This document shows positions 17,760 to 25,559 of a stretch of 64,000 nt of DNA, one piece after another. Each line of letters opens with the position of its first letter. The first letter of the stretch is position 1. The position numbers and the translations under genes are program-made. The DNA is from a virus. The notes beneath the pieces are model-generated. The model saw only the letters and a list, made by a program, of their open reading frames with translations. It had not been told where the DNA came from and did not search any database. Location: the UHGV virus genome UHGV-1493261; one strand, given 5' to 3'.

Positions 17760-17760
17760 C
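17732..17760 (+). promoter_or_regulatory. promoter-like element (TTTTAC-N17-TATAAC)
   Basis: TTTTAC 17732-17737 and TATAAC 17755-17760 with 17-nt spacer, inside the 3' end of gene 17253..17759, 5 nt before hairpin 17765-17786. Confidence 0.4.
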
Positions 17761-17764
17761 CCAC

Positions 17765-17796
17765 GGCGGGGTATGATTACCCCGCCCATTTGAAAC
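17765..17796 (+). promoter_or_regulatory. GC hairpin / ATTTGAAAC cassette
   Basis: Hairpin GGCGGGGTATGATTACCCCGCC (17765-17786) and CATTTGAAAC (17787-17796), then GAGACTATATCATG. Confidence 0.5.
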
Positions 17797-17810
17797 CAAG
17801 AGACTATATC

Positions 17811-18185
17811 ATGAAAAAGTTAATCCTCGCTGTTGCCCTGCTGGGCGCTTCCTTTGCTGCTGTTTCCGCTCCTCCTGTCATTACCGGGGTGTCTACCAAC
17901 GGTGTTTATGCTTTCAAGGCGTATGGTCAAGACCTCGTTCTGTATAAGAACGGGAAGATGATTGAGCGCTGCGTATCAGAAGACGTGAATCGTGGGATCG
18001 ACAATCAGGGTAGCCCATACGTCCTGGACATCTATGCCTGCTCCAACGGGACGAAGTCCTTTGGTGTCAAGACCTTTGGCAACGTCGCCGTCGGCGGCTG
18101 GGGCTTCATGATCGAAACCCGCAACCACCAACCGGTCAAGACCATGCAAGAAGAGTTCTTGATCTCTGTCGGGGGTACGTTATGA
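17811..18185 (+). CDS. exported small protein (signal peptide)
   Basis: Start at ATG 17811 (GAGACTATATCATG). MKKLILAVALLGASFAAVSA then PPV: typical Sec signal peptide with AxA site. Two Cys in mature part. Confidence 0.55.
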   Translation: MKKLILAVALLGASFAAVSAPPVITGVSTNGVYAFKAYGQDLVLYKNGKMIERCVSEDVNRGIDNQGSPYVLDIYACSNGTKSFGVKTFGNVAVGGWGFMIETRNHQPVKTMQEEFLISVGGTL

Positions 18186-18469
18186 CACCATCAGAGAGAA
18201 GTTCTATCAAGGAGATGATCAGAGACAAGGCGTGTGTTGGCCATACTCAGTCAGAGAACATCTTGCGCCTGATGGTAATAAAGAACGATATCGATAACAG
18301 CCGATTCCAAACAGCGTTGTATGGCATGCTGGAGTTTATATCGCGGTCATCTGATCTTGGCACGGTCCGATATCTTGATGATCTAACCAAGCTGTTGAAC
18401 ACGGGCGGGGAAACTTTCGACACCGCTCGTATCCTGATTGACGGTGGACCTGAAGAAGACGAGGTATAA
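18182..18469 (+). CDS. hypothetical protein
   Basis: 95 aa. ATGA start/stop overlap with the upstream gene. Confidence 0.45.
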   Translation: MTPSERSSIKEMIRDKACVGHTQSENILRLMVIKNDIDNSRFQTALYGMLEFISRSSDLGTVRYLDDLTKLLNTGGETFDTARILIDGGPEEDEV

Positions 18470-18470
18470 T

Positions 18471-18629
18471 TTGGATAAAGAATTGGTTTGGGAAATTGTG
18501 AAGGGTGTCCTAGTGATAATTGCGGTGGTTTTCATCTTGGGTGGGAACTTCTTCTATTGGTTATTCCGATCCGACCAGAAACGTCGCGAACGCAAGGAGA
18601 AAGAGAGAAAGGATCGATGGATGCGCTAA
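18471..18629 (+). CDS. small single-pass membrane protein (TTG start, tentative)
   Basis: In-frame TTG 18471 is 8 nt after GACGAGG. Peptide VWEIVKGVLVIIAVVFILGGNFFYWLF followed by a basic tail. Under 60 aa from this start. Confidence 0.3.
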   Translation: MDKELVWEIVKGVLVIIAVVFILGGNFFYWLFRSDQKRRERKEKERKDRWMR

Positions 18630-18661
18630 CTAAGGGATAACCCTATATCCCGAGGTGTGTC

Positions 18662-19111
18662 ATGTTCCTTACATCCTTTATTGACTGGTTGAACATCATT
18701 AACGGCCTGAGGATCCCTGTTGGGAACCTCGGGCTTTCTCGTTCTTCTATGCCGCAAATCGATGCCGACAAACAAGAAGATTTTCACAAATATCTTGAAG
18801 ACAACGGCGTGTCCATAGATGCTGCGCAAGTGCCCATCAAAATGCTTCGTCTTACCCAGAACGAAATCAACAAGATGAAGGTCTGGAAGATTATGAAGCA
18901 GATCAGAAATAAGAAACCTATGGGTCGAGTTTGGGTGTCTTCTGACAATTACGTTGTTGACGGTTCTCACCGATTTGTCGCTGCGTTGAACATGGACGGC
19001 AAACAGCGCATGAAGGTCTACAAAGTTGATTTACCAGCGATGGAATTTGTTAAACTCGCTAAACAGTTTCAGGGTGTGCGATACAGAACGGTCAGCGATA
19101 CCCGTTTCTGA
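18662..19111 (+). CDS. ParB/Srx-like nuclease domain protein
   Basis: VPIKMLRLTQ ... YVVDGSHRFVAALN matches the ParB N-terminal domain (DGxHR) signature. GAGGTG RBS. Confidence 0.5.
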   Translation: MFLTSFIDWLNIINGLRIPVGNLGLSRSSMPQIDADKQEDFHKYLEDNGVSIDAAQVPIKMLRLTQNEINKMKVWKIMKQIRNKKPMGRVWVSSDNYVVDGSHRFVAALNMDGKQRMKVYKVDLPAMEFVKLAKQFQGVRYRTVSDTRF

Positions 19112-19190
19112 ATACGATAGTTTATTGAATCCCTTTACTCATCATGGTGAGCCGCCTATCATTTCATCCAATGAAATAAGGAGAATCACC

Positions 19191-19877
19191 ATGAAACGTT
19201 TAATCCTCGGGGTTGTGCTGGCTGGTCTGGCATTACCCGCCGCTGCCAAGCTGAACTCCACAGGTGATAAACTGTGGTCCGACCTTTCCTATTGTGCTGG
19301 GTTCTCCCAGGCGGTTGCTATCGACAAGTCTGGTTCCATAGAGAACTTCGCTGAACTCTGGAACACAGGCAACGTCTCCACCGCTGTCATCAATGCCGGA
19401 ATTGAGTTCAACCGTTACAAACAGGGAGCCTATAACCTCAAGGGCTACCTCAATGACGACGAATTTAACCGTGGAGGCATGGAGGCTGGCGATTTGATCA
19501 TGACTGGGCGTATGGGCACCCAAGGCCGAATGACCGTAAGACAGTGCCGTTCGCTCCCTTCTCCGGCATTACAGAAGGGTGTGCAGATAGGCCGCCGTCA
19601 CCTGAACCTCATCAACGATGGCAACCAGTGCATCAAAGTATTCGAATACAGCGCTACGCAGACCTCTGATCGCGTCCTGAAGAAGGAATGGCGCACTCGC
19701 GCTCTCGGTCTCAGAGCCTGGCTGGTTGAGAACGATTATTACTTTGAAGACAGGGTTCAGAACGGTCTGAAAGACCTGGCCACGAATCTGAGCGTGAACC
19801 TTGATGATCCTCGCATGTCGCGCGAACTCCAGCAGACTCGTGTTGACTGCGACAATATGATGAAGGAGAACGAGTGA
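19191..19877 (+). CDS. exported protein (signal peptide)
   Basis: Start at ATG 19191 (AAGGAG RBS) inside track ORF 19026. MKRLILGVVLAGLALPAAA then KL signal peptide. Confidence 0.55.
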   Translation: MKRLILGVVLAGLALPAAAKLNSTGDKLWSDLSYCAGFSQAVAIDKSGSIENFAELWNTGNVSTAVINAGIEFNRYKQGAYNLKGYLNDDEFNRGGMEAGDLIMTGRMGTQGRMTVRQCRSLPSPALQKGVQIGRRHLNLINDGNQCIKVFEYSATQTSDRVLKKEWRTRALGLRAWLVENDYYFEDRVQNGLKDLATNLSVNLDDPRMSRELQQTRVDCDNMMKENE

Positions 19878-20203
19878 TGAAATGTAAAATCCTGCTCTTG
19901 TTGGTACTGATAGCCGGGTGTGTAAACGCCGCGCCACCGTCCAAACTGAACACATGTGTGGCATGGATGGAGACGTATCAGCAGTTCCACCCAGATGACA
20001 AAGATACATCTATCCTCTTGTCTGACTTCGAGGGAGAGCTGAAGCGCCTTGATCTGTTCAGTGTTGATCAGATAGAGAATGCGCTGGATCTTCCCATGAT
20101 GCTGACTGCGGCTGACAACAGTTCACAAACGAAGAAAGACCTGATGTATTGCCGGGGGATTGCCCAGGACTTTGTCGGATTTCAAAATAAAGTTTCGGGT
20201 TAA
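19877..20203 (+). CDS. lipoprotein (lipobox LIAGC)
   Basis: ATG 19877 overlaps the upstream stop (TGATG), AAGGAG RBS. MKCKILLLLVLIAGC: signal peptide ending in a lipobox cysteine. Confidence 0.55.
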   Translation: MKCKILLLLVLIAGCVNAAPPSKLNTCVAWMETYQQFHPDDKDTSILLSDFEGELKRLDLFSVDQIENALDLPMMLTAADNSSQTKKDLMYCRGIAQDFVGFQNKVSG

Positions 20204-20243
20204 AATTTTAGCTCTACATTGTGAACTGAAGGAATACACTGTG

Positions 20244-21110
20244 ATGCTCCTGACCAAAACAATCGCTGCAGCGATTATCGAAAAGAATAAGGCTTTTGCC
20301 CCCAACGCAGCCAAAGTTATGTTGGTACACGAAGACGCTCGCGTGATCTTCGCCGAGAAGTTCGAGATGGGCGCGAAGTTCTGGTATGCCGACAACTTAC
20401 GTGAGAGCAAACTTCAGGGTATCATCCACAAACTGACTCTGGTCGCCAAGCGTAATGACCAGGGTGACTGGGTCGGCGTTTCTGACTTCAGTACGAAGAT
20501 CACCCCAAAGGCTCCACTTTCTCGTCAAGAGCGCATTCTGGAAGCCCAGGAAAAGCTGCGTGCGGCTCGGAGTACCCCAAAGGCGAAACCAGATGCAAGC
20601 CCTGTCATCAAGCCAGCGGTTGTTCCTAAGTCCAAATACCTCCCGCCCGTGAGTCAAAAGGCTGTGGAGCAATTGGTTGAGAAGCGCAAGGGTGACGTTG
20701 TGATGAAGTCTGACTCTTCAGTGGAGCCGTTCAAGCCGGATCCAGCAGAAGTACAGGCGCTGGCAGAAAAGGTAAAGAATTCACAATTCATTTCCCTGCG
20801 TGAACTTGAACCGCCTACTCGCCGTCGTATCGCCAACGAGCTGTTTGTGTCGTTCAGGTCGGATGGCAAGATCGTCCTGTGCAAAGCCCTGCGCGATGCA
20901 ATCCCTTGGACAACTCTGAACATGATGGTCACTCGCGACTTCAAGCGTTTTGGTATCATGCAAGGCAAGGACTACAACGTGAACCAGAGTGGGACTTATG
21001 TTAATCGCGCCATGTGTGACAAACTGACCTTCCCAGAAGATACTGGAACGATCCGTGTCGTTCTGAATTGGGACGACAAGCTGAACATGTATGTTGGCGA
21101 TTTCCAATAA
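20244..21110 (+). CDS. hypothetical protein
   Basis: Start at ATG 20244 (AAGGAA RBS) inside track ORF 20160. 288 aa, Pro/Lys-rich linker in the middle. Confidence 0.5.
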   Translation: MLLTKTIAAAIIEKNKAFAPNAAKVMLVHEDARVIFAEKFEMGAKFWYADNLRESKLQGIIHKLTLVAKRNDQGDWVGVSDFSTKITPKAPLSRQERILEAQEKLRAARSTPKAKPDASPVIKPAVVPKSKYLPPVSQKAVEQLVEKRKGDVVMKSDSSVEPFKPDPAEVQALAEKVKNSQFISLRELEPPTRRRIANELFVSFRSDGKIVLCKALRDAIPWTTLNMMVTRDFKRFGIMQGKDYNVNQSGTYVNRAMCDKLTFPEDTGTIRVVLNWDDKLNMYVGDFQ

Positions 21111-21121
21111 TCAATAACCTC

Positions 21122-21160
21122 GGGCGGCTTATCATAAAGCTGCCCTTTCATTTGAGTGAC
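21122..21160 (+). promoter_or_regulatory. GC hairpin / ATTTGAG cassette
   Basis: Hairpin GGGCGGCTTATCATAAAGCTGCCC (21122-21145) and TTCATTTGAGTG, then ACTATATCATG 21167. Confidence 0.4.
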
Positions 21161-21166
21161 TATATC

Positions 21167-21829
21167 ATGGAAAAACTTTATTCTATTATCGTCGGTCCTG
21201 ATCCTGACGGATTATTCTTCGCCCCGTTGTCTTATATTGCCCACGCCCGTATCGGCAGCCATTACGCATATTGCACACGTGGCCACGACGGTTCCAATAT
21301 CCTCCATTATAGCCGCCTGAACGATTTCCTGGCACTTCAACCAGAAGATGTTGTGCTGGCGCGTCGCGTGTTCATCGACTTCAACGCTATGCACAACAAC
21401 GAAATTGACGCTCGCTATCATGCCATGCGTTCTATGGAAGGGGGAGACTGCATTTATCGTATCGACCATTTTAGTGAGTTTACCCAATCTATTGATTGGT
21501 TCGTTTCAGAAAAGACGTTGGGTGAAAGAATCGTCACAACTCCGTGGGCACATGCGGAACAACTTCGTGTGTCTACCGATGCGTACAAAGAAGTCGACAA
21601 TCTGTGCAACAAGTTCCGCATCTCTGTGACCTGTAATCAAGACCCGGGCGAAGAGATACAATGGACAGCCGAGTCTCCTCATTTCAGTGGCCTGGTGATG
21701 ACGGCCGAAACCCGTTCCCGTGCTGTTGTCCAGTTAGTACTCTGGGCGTTCTACCAGCGCACCCCGTTCTCATACATGGGACAGAAAGAGATTGATGAAC
21801 TCCTGAAGTCTCACGCGGTGGAGGTGTGA
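21167..21829 (+). CDS. hypothetical protein
   Basis: Start at ATG 21167 with context GACTATATCATG, preceded by a GC hairpin and ATTTGAG element. 220 aa. Confidence 0.5.
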   Translation: MEKLYSIIVGPDPDGLFFAPLSYIAHARIGSHYAYCTRGHDGSNILHYSRLNDFLALQPEDVVLARRVFIDFNAMHNNEIDARYHAMRSMEGGDCIYRIDHFSEFTQSIDWFVSEKTLGERIVTTPWAHAEQLRVSTDAYKEVDNLCNKFRISVTCNQDPGEEIQWTAESPHFSGLVMTAETRSRAVVQLVLWAFYQRTPFSYMGQKEIDELLKSHAVEV

Positions 21830-21830
21830 T

Positions 21831-22268
21831 ATGGCTGGCGTATGGTGTGATGTCTTGCTGGTTCGTTACAGCGTAAATGGGAGCACGCAAGTGTGTTCTG
21901 CTTTCTATCCGGTCCCGTTCTCTTCCGGTGGCCTGACGGTTCAGCGAGTTCTTGATATTGAGGCAGATCTGAACACGAAGCCATATATCGGTGATACACA
22001 AGTGTTGGGATACGATCTTCTGAACGAAATGTTGATCGATGAAGATCGTGTAGAAACCATTGTTAGCCGTCAAGAAATGGAGGTCTTGATGAAACCGGAA
22101 GGCACCGAAAAGACTGAAGTTCAAACGATGTCTGTGCCTGTCGCGCCAACACAGGAACGCCTTGATGCCATTGCTGGATTATTCACGTATGGATTTTGTG
22201 ATGATCGCATGGCTCGTGGTATCTATGCCGCCGCACTGGGCGTTGAGAAACAAACGGAGCAAATATGA
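21831..22268 (+). CDS. hypothetical protein
   Basis: 145 aa, GGAGG RBS. Confidence 0.45.
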   Translation: MAGVWCDVLLVRYSVNGSTQVCSAFYPVPFSSGGLTVQRVLDIEADLNTKPYIGDTQVLGYDLLNEMLIDEDRVETIVSRQEMEVLMKPEGTEKTEVQTMSVPVAPTQERLDAIAGLFTYGFCDDRMARGIYAAALGVEKQTEQI

Positions 22269-22534
22269 GCACAAAGACTGTAATCGTGTGGGGAGTCGGT
22301 ATGGGGCGTTGTTGTCCTCACAAGACGATCACATTCACACAGGATGACCGTGTAGAAATCTCTCGCATCGAGACAGCCGAAGCACCTGTTGGGGATTCAA
22401 TGATCAGAACTCCGGTGTCCCGTGTGCAGGTATTGCGCCCAGTAGTTGAGGTCATTTGCGAAGATTGCGGACAGCGCGGCACCATGATGTTGGAAGAGAA
22501 TTCTGATGAAGAAATCGTGGTGAAAGGCTATTAA
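22265..22534 (+). CDS. small Cys-containing hypothetical protein
   Basis: 89 aa. ATGA overlap with the upstream gene. CC...CEDC pattern suggests a possible zinc ribbon. Confidence 0.4.
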   Translation: MSTKTVIVWGVGMGRCCPHKTITFTQDDRVEISRIETAEAPVGDSMIRTPVSRVQVLRPVVEVICEDCGQRGTMMLEENSDEEIVVKGY

Positions 22535-22624
22535 TTCCGCTTTATTCAATATGTTTTGTTAGTTAAACTGTAGTCCTCTTGTAGTGAACATGAAAGTAAA
22601 CATTAACCCAACGGAGAAATCCAG

Positions 22625-22903
22625 ATGAATCGTACTGAATTTGTTGCCCACATTGCTTCGACCCAGAATATCACCAAAGGCGAAGCGGAGAAAGTGGTGG
22701 CATCCTTTATCGACGGTGTTAAAACTGCAGTTGCTGCAGGCGCATCTGTACAGCTGGTCGGCTTCGGTGCGTTCGAAGTGAAACACCAAGAAGCGCGTGA
22801 AGGTCGCAACCCTCTGAACGGCCAGACCATTCAGATCGCGGCGAAAAACGTTGTGAAATTCAAAGTGGGCGAAGGTCTGAAGAACGCTGCCAACGGCAAG
22901 TAA
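22625..22903 (+). CDS. HU/IHF-family DNA-binding protein
   Basis: 92 aa. ITKGEAEKVV...VQLVGFGAFEVKHQEAREGRNPLNGQTIQIAAKNVVKFKVGEGLK closely parallels E. coli HU ([45 protein letters not shown]). Terminator at 22953-22985. Confidence 0.85.
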   Translation: MNRTEFVAHIASTQNITKGEAEKVVASFIDGVKTAVAAGASVQLVGFGAFEVKHQEAREGRNPLNGQTIQIAAKNVVKFKVGEGLKNAANGK

Positions 22904-22952
22904 TTCTATCTGACGCGCGGCCAGGCTCTGCAATCAGGGCATGGCAAAAGAG

Positions 22953-22985
22953 AAAGCCGGAGTACAATGCTCCGGCTTTTTCGTT
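22953..22985 (+). terminator. rho-independent terminator
   Basis: GCCGGAG / TACAATG / CTCCGGC then TTTTTCGTT, after the HU-like gene. Confidence 0.65.
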
Positions 22986-23031
22986 CTTGGGGATCGGGTA
23001 AACTATAGGCAAATCCCATAGGAGGAAGAAA

Positions 23032-24750
23032 GTGACAGCATTCAACCAATATACCAAGGCGCTTGACGGCGTCGGACCAGTCAGCATAGACCGCATCAAG
23101 TCTCTTGCCACTGAGTTCTTCCCGTATGACACCGCCAACCCCGGCCAGATGGAATGCATCGTTGAAGCCATTGATGCCCTTGTGAATAAGAAATTCAAAC
23201 ACGTGATCATCGAGGCTCCGACTGGTGTAGGTAAATCCCTCATCGGCACTACCATCCATAACGTGCTTCGCCATTTGGTTCTTGAGCACAACCCGTATGG
23301 TCAGTTCCGCACGTCTATCACGACGCCGACCAAAGGTTTACAGGATCAGTATGCAGCAGAGAAAGCCGTGGCGATAGACATCCTGAAGGGCAAGAAGAAC
23401 TACCGTTGCCACATCAGTCCCGACCTATACTACAACGCCATTCAGTGCCGTATGGCATGCCGTGATGGCCACTGTAGTAAGAATCGTTGCCCATATGTTC
23501 AGGCGCGTCGACAGTGGACCGACGTCTCCTCCTTGCGCTGCACCAACGCCGCCATGATGGTGGAGATGTGCACGACGATCTGTATGAAGCCGGAAAACCG
23601 CGCCGATATGCTGATCCTTGACGAGTGTCATAAGATGCCCTCTACGCTCCTAGAGCATACTATCATGGAATACAACACAAAGGCTGTGGAAGGGCTGCTT
23701 ACGATCCCCGAGGGAGTGCCTATCGTGGAGACCATCAAGGATATCATCATCCGCACAGAGAACTATGAATTGGGCAAGCTGTATTCCCTGTCTGGTGAGA
23801 TGCATGCGATATTTGATGAACTGCACGGCAAGGTTGAAGCCCTGTTGGAAACTCTTGAGGAACTGGTAGAGGACGAGCGCCTGACTGAAGCCCAGGTGAT
23901 GAAGCTGTCTGATATTATTGATACTCTTCACAACCTCAGCGACTACTGTGGTATCATGGGGCAGACCAACGCCAGCACTTTCATCGTACAGGAGAAGGAC
24001 AAGGGTATGATTCAGTTCAAGCCTGTCATCGCCTCTGATGTATCCCAGTTCGGTCTGTTCCGCAAGGGTGACTACCACGTCCACATGTCGGCGACCATTT
24101 GTGGGATTGACTCGTACGCCCGGTCACTGGGTATCCGTGAGGGTGAGTACCACAAGATACAGATCGGCAACCCTATCCCGATTGAGAACCGGAAAGTCAA
24201 CTACATGCCCATCATGAAGATGACGGCGAACATGGGTGACTACGAGATGAAGAAGCTGGCTGAATACGTGGATGAGATTATCGCGTTCCACCCTGGACAG
24301 TCTGGCATCATTCACACAGTCAGTTATGACCGCGCCCTGGCTCTACAGAAGTTCAGTAAGTACCGGAATATGATTCACGTTCCTCGTACTCGTAAGGCTC
24401 TGATGGACATCATGGAACACGCGTTCAGGACGAAGACGCCTTGTGTCATCGCCAGTCCGGCCATGGAAGAGGGGTATGACTTCAAAGGCGATTATAGTCG
24501 ATTTCAGATCTTGATCAAGGTGCCATACGATTACCTTGGTGATCCTCTGGTGGCCCACGTCAACAGTGTGGACCCATCGGCGTACTTCAGGATGGCGGTA
24601 CTGCGTATCGTTCAGATGTGTGGGCGTTCTGTCAGGGGCGTGAATGACTGGGCTGCGACATACATCCTTGATTCTTCTTTTGAATCACTGATGATGCGCA
24701 ACCCAGAGTTCTTCCCCGCTTGGTTCACTGATGCCGTGTTTGAGGTTTAG
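23032..24750 (+). CDS. DinG/XPD-like Fe-S helicase
   Basis: GTG start after AGGAGGAA. Walker A EAPTGVGKS, DECH box (LILDECH), four-Cys cluster (C...C...C...C) between motifs. Confidence 0.7.
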   Translation: MTAFNQYTKALDGVGPVSIDRIKSLATEFFPYDTANPGQMECIVEAIDALVNKKFKHVIIEAPTGVGKSLIGTTIHNVLRHLVLEHNPYGQFRTSITTPTKGLQDQYAAEKAVAIDILKGKKNYRCHISPDLYYNAIQCRMACRDGHCSKNRCPYVQARRQWTDVSSLRCTNAAMMVEMCTTICMKPENRADMLILDECHKMPSTLLEHTIMEYNTKAVEGLLTIPEGVPIVETIKDIIIRTENYELGKLYSLSGEMHAIFDELHGKVEALLETLEELVEDERLTEAQVMKLSDIIDTLHNLSDYCGIMGQTNASTFIVQEKDKGMIQFKPVIASDVSQFGLFRKGDYHVHMSATICGIDSYARSLGIREGEYHKIQIGNPIPIENRKVNYMPIMKMTANMGDYEMKKLAEYVDEIIAFHPGQSGIIHTVSYDRALALQKFSKYRNMIHVPRTRKALMDIMEHAFRTKTPCVIASPAMEEGYDFKGDYSRFQILIKVPYDYLGDPLVAHVNSVDPSAYFRMAVLRIVQMCGRSVRGVNDWAATYILDSSFESLMMRNPEFFPAWFTDAVFEV

Positions 24751-25514
24751 TAACCCGCAACGAAGGACAGATGGCACTTGACATTCGGTTCCAACGACGT
24801 CACAGAAACCGTCATATTGTCCGTATCTTGGCTGAAGTCAATGGTGGCGAGAGGTTTGGTCTGAATATGGTTATAGACACTGTAGATCAGATCCTCGCCA
24901 CGATACCCTACCTTCCCATCGGTGTCTTGCCAATGACCCAGTGTCTCATCGTAGACATGCACTCTGAACTCGATCATATGGAAGAGTGCCTTGGGGATGT
25001 CCTTGAGTACGCTGGTGCCAACCACGGGAATCTCTATACTGGAATCATTGGAGTTCCCTTCATAGACCGAAGCCCATGCAAAGGTAGGATCACCCCCAGC
25101 AACAGGGGTTCGCTTCCAGTATTGGAATTCTGGGTTGCCCGAAGCGTTCTTCTGAAGTAGAATGACCTCACCACCTTTGAAGTTCGAGGTATCGATGTCG
25201 CCTCGCTGAAGTTCATCTGCTGGAGATCCAATAAATTTCCAACCTTCGCGATCCAGTAAAGACTTATAATAGTCGGTGAACACGTTGCTGTCTTCTGCAT
25301 CGTTGATGGCATCTTTGAGACCTTGGCCTGTCACCATCTCGTTGAGCTTCAACCACATGTTCTTGACAGCAGACGCTGCTGCGACTTGTCCAGCAGTCCC
25401 ACCTGCAGCATAATCATAGATGATATCTTCTGACTTGATAGCATCATAGATAGAGAGGAGCAATTGCTCAATCTGCGGGGCGGTGAGACTGAAACGATAT
25501 GCGCGGGGTGCCAT
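24747..25514 (-). CDS. late-expressed virion structural protein (unassigned)
   Basis: Start at minus ATG 25514 (AGAGGA RBS) inside track ORF ending 25673. Exact TATAAATA late promoter 35 nt upstream on the - strand. 256 aa, Gly/Ser/Thr-rich. Confidence 0.55.
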   Translation of the reverse strand: MAPRAYRFSLTAPQIEQLLLSIYDAIKSEDIIYDYAAGGTAGQVAAASAVKNMWLKLNEMVTGQGLKDAINDAEDSNVFTDYYKSLLDREGWKFIGSPADELQRGDIDTSNFKGGEVILLQKNASGNPEFQYWKRTPVAGGDPTFAWASVYEGNSNDSSIEIPVVGTSVLKDIPKALFHMIEFRVHVYDETLGHWQDTDGKVGYRGEDLIYSVYNHIQTKPLATIDFSQDTDNMTVSVTSLEPNVKCHLSFVAGY

Positions 25515-25549
25515 AGTTTCATTCCTCTTTCTATAAAACCAGTTTGGGA

Positions 25550-25557
25550 TATTTATA
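25550..25557 (-). promoter_or_regulatory. T4-type late promoter TATAAATA
   Basis: Exact TATAAATA on the - strand, 35 nt upstream of the ATG at 25514. Confidence 0.6.
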
Positions 25558-25559
25558 TC

